Virus record (IMG/VR): IMGVR_UViG_3300005526_000023
Coordinates: 1-28,056 of that record
Direction: 5' to 3' (one strand)
Origin: a virus
Taxonomy: Duplodnaviria; Caudoviricetes
Length of the DNA: 28,056 nt
A program made the translations under genes and the position numbers. The notes beneath the pieces are model-generated. The model did no database searches. It was not told the origin of the DNA and saw only the letters and a program-made list of their open reading frames with translations. Below are positions 25,942-28,056 of the stretch, piece by piece (the stretch's first letter is position 1; every line of letters starts with the position of its first letter).

Positions 25942-27934
25942 CTTCACCGGGTACTGCACGAGGACCGGCATCAGGTGCACTGACGGCCGGACCATCAAGC
26001 ATCACGCCTTCAAGGGCAACGACAACACCACCGTTCCGCTCGTGTGGCAGCACCTGCACGACTCGCCTGAGAACGTCCTGGGTCACGTCGTTCTGCACAG
26101 CATCGGCGACGGTGTTCGTGCCGAGGGCTACTTCAACGACACCGTGCCCGCCACGCAGGCCAAGGCGCTCGTCAAGCACGGCGACATCAAGATGCTGTCG
26201 ATTTACGCCAACCAGCTCATCCAGCAGGCGATGGAGGTCGTTCACGGAGTCATCCGTGAGGTGTCTCTGGTCCTGTCGGGAGCCAACCCCGGCGCGTACA
26301 TCGACAACGTCAACCTCGCGCACGGCGACGGCATCACTCCGCTGGCGGATGAGGCGATCATCTACAGCGAGGCGACGATCCAGTTCGTCGAGCTTTCGCC
26401 GCCGGTTCCGGCCCCTTCCCTTCCGCCCAAGCCAGCTCTGGCCCACGCGGTTGCCGGTCTTCCGGCCCTGATGCCGCCACCGGCGGTCGCTCAGGCTTCC
26501 GATGCCAACCCGACCGTCGCCGATGTCATCGCCGGCTTCACCGAGCAGCAGAGGGAAGTCGTCTACGCCCTCATCGGTGCGGCCATGAGCCAGTCCGACC
26601 CGTCCGGCACAAACCCCACCGATCCGAAGGGCGACCCGCAAGTGACCCACCGCAACGTTTTCGACCAGAGCGGCGGCAACGCACCCGCCGGGCCGGTTCT
26701 CTCACACGCCGACGTGCAGGGCATCTTCGACGACGCCCGCAAGCGCGGCTCGCTCAAGGACGCGGTCGAGGCGTACGCCCTGACGCACGGGATCCAGAAC
26801 ATCGACCTCCTGTTCCCCGACGCGACGGCTGTCGACGCCACCCCGGCGTGGATCACCCGCCGTCAGGCATGGGTCGCCAACGTTCTCGGCAACACGCACC
26901 ACACTCCGTTCTCCAGGATCAAGAGCCGGTTCGCGGACATCACGATGGACGAGGCTCGTGCCCGGGGTTACGTCAAGGGCGCCCTGAAGCGCGAGGAGTT
27001 CTTCGGCATCACGACGAGGACGACCACGCCGAAGACCGTCTACAAGAAGCAGAAGCTCGACCGCGACGACATCCTCGACATCACCGAGTTCTCGGTCGTC
27101 GACTGGATGAAGACCGAGATGCGGGTCATGCTGGACGAGGAGATCGCCCGCGCGATCCTCGTCGGCGACGGCCGCGACGTGGCGGACCCCGACAAGATCA
27201 ACGAGAACAACATCCGGCCGATCCTCACCGACGCCGACATGTTCGTCACCCGCGTGAACATCAACCTGTCCGACGCCTCCAGCAACAACGAGGAGATCGT
27301 CGACGGCATCATGTCCGGGATGCAGTACTTCCAGGGCACCGGTGTTCCGACCCTCTACACGGCCCGGTCCTGGGTTACCAAGATGCTCCTGACCAAGGAC
27401 ACGCTCGGCCGCCGGCTGCACAGCTCCGTCGCGGAGCTGGCTGACGCCATGGGTGTCGGCGGGATCGTCATGGTCGACGTTCTCGAGTCGATGAAGGACA
27501 CGTTGATCGGAATCATCGTCAACCTGCAGGACTACTCCGTCGGCACGGACCGCGGCGGCGAGGTCACCTTCTTCGATGACTTTGACATCGACTACAACCA
27601 GTTCAAGTACCTCTACGAGACGCGTCTTTCCGGCGCCCTCGTGCAGTACAAGTCCGCGATCGTGGTCGGTCTCACCACCGCCACCATGCTCGGCTCGCCG
27701 ACGGCTCCGACCTTCGTCAAGGCCACCGGTGTCGTGACCATCCCGACCATGGCCAACGTGACCTACGTGTCCGTCAACGACCAGACCGGCGTCGAAAGCG
27801 CCGCCCTGACCGCGGGTCCGCAGACCGCGATTGCTGCCGGCGCGTCGATCCACATCCGGGCCAAGGCCGCCTCCGGCTACTCCTTCGCCGACAACGCGTC
27901 CAACAACTGGACGTTCCAGCGTCCCGCCAGCTGA
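25931..27934 (+). CDS. Prohead protease-scaffold-major capsid fusion with C-terminal Ig-like extension
   Basis: HK97-type protease motifs VPLVWQH, LSIYA, IREVSLVLSGANPGA. Pro-rich linker. Capsid region EIARAILVGDG...YETRLSGAL. Very high GC3. Confidence 0.88.
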   Translation: MEPDFTGYCTRTGIRCTDGRTIKHHAFKGNDNTTVPLVWQHLHDSPENVLGHVVLHSIGDGVRAEGYFNDTVPATQAKALVKHGDIKMLSIYANQLIQQAMEVVHGVIREVSLVLSGANPGAYIDNVNLAHGDGITPLADEAIIYSEATIQFVELSPPVPAPSLPPKPALAHAVAGLPALMPPPAVAQASDANPTVADVIAGFTEQQREVVYALIGAAMSQSDPSGTNPTDPKGDPQVTHRNVFDQSGGNAPAGPVLSHADVQGIFDDARKRGSLKDAVEAYALTHGIQNIDLLFPDATAVDATPAWITRRQAWVANVLGNTHHTPFSRIKSRFADITMDEARARGYVKGALKREEFFGITTRTTTPKTVYKKQKLDRDDILDITEFSVVDWMKTEMRVMLDEEIARAILVGDGRDVADPDKINENNIRPILTDADMFVTRVNINLSDASSNNEEIVDGIMSGMQYFQGTGVPTLYTARSWVTKMLLTKDTLGRRLHSSVAELADAMGVGGIVMVDVLESMKDTLIGIIVNLQDYSVGTDRGGEVTFFDDFDIDYNQFKYLYETRLSGALVQYKSAIVVGLTTATMLGSPTAPTFVKATGVVTIPTMANVTYVSVNDQTGVESAALTAGPQTAIAAGASIHIRAKAASGYSFADNASNNWTFQRPAS

Positions 27935-27943
27935 GGTTCGTAG

Positions 27944-28056
27944 ATGCGGTTCCACGGAACCGTAGGCTACGCCACCGACACGGAGACTGTTCCAGGCGTC
28001 TGGTCCGAGGTCATCACCGAGAGAGAGTATTACGGGGATGTCCTGAGACAGGCGAG
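27944..28056 (+). CDS. Head-closure / head-to-tail stopper protein, 3'-truncated
   Basis: ATG 27944 after GAGG, MRFHGTVGYATDTETVPGVWSEVITEREYYGDVLRQ, directly following the capsid gene. Confidence 0.65.
   Translation, partial: MRFHGTVGYATDTETVPGVWSEVITEREYYGDVLRQA

Noticed and set aside
1-28056. tRNA genes, integrase, transposase, reverse transcriptase/DGR, stop-codon recoding
   Set aside because: No cloverleaf or relevant catalytic motifs seen by eye. All three stop codons terminate genes normally.

Overview
A 28 kb segment of a GC-rich tailed dsDNA phage, probably infecting an actinobacterium. All credible genes are on the + strand. From recall, not a search, gene order and motifs resemble the ReqiPoco6/Pepy6, Arthrobacter AM/AU and Streptomyces BI type siphoviruses. 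Positions 1-13573 are a replication/early module: a 1236-aa SF3 helicase + primase + family-B DNA polymerase fusion, small ORFs, an SSB-like protein, an SF2 helicase, an AT-rich origin-like region, VRR-NUC and PD-(D/E)XK nucleases, and a 918-aa single-chain DFDGD-type RNA polymerase. A probable cos/genome-end junction lies at about 13555-13665. The late module follows: membrane proteins, a structured RNA-like element, a small-terminase candidate, an HNH nuclease in frame with an amidase endolysin, a head-tail adaptor, a 25-repeat fibre protein, a secreted protein, a permuted NlpC/P60 enzyme, large terminase, portal, a protease-capsid fusion and a head-closure protein. The most interesting hypothesis is a phage transcription system with three parts: an HTH-flanked RNA polymerase, an N-terminal L-x-H leader it shares with capsid/internal proteins (suggesting it is packaged and processed), and a strongly over-represented late-region motif TCAAAATGG.
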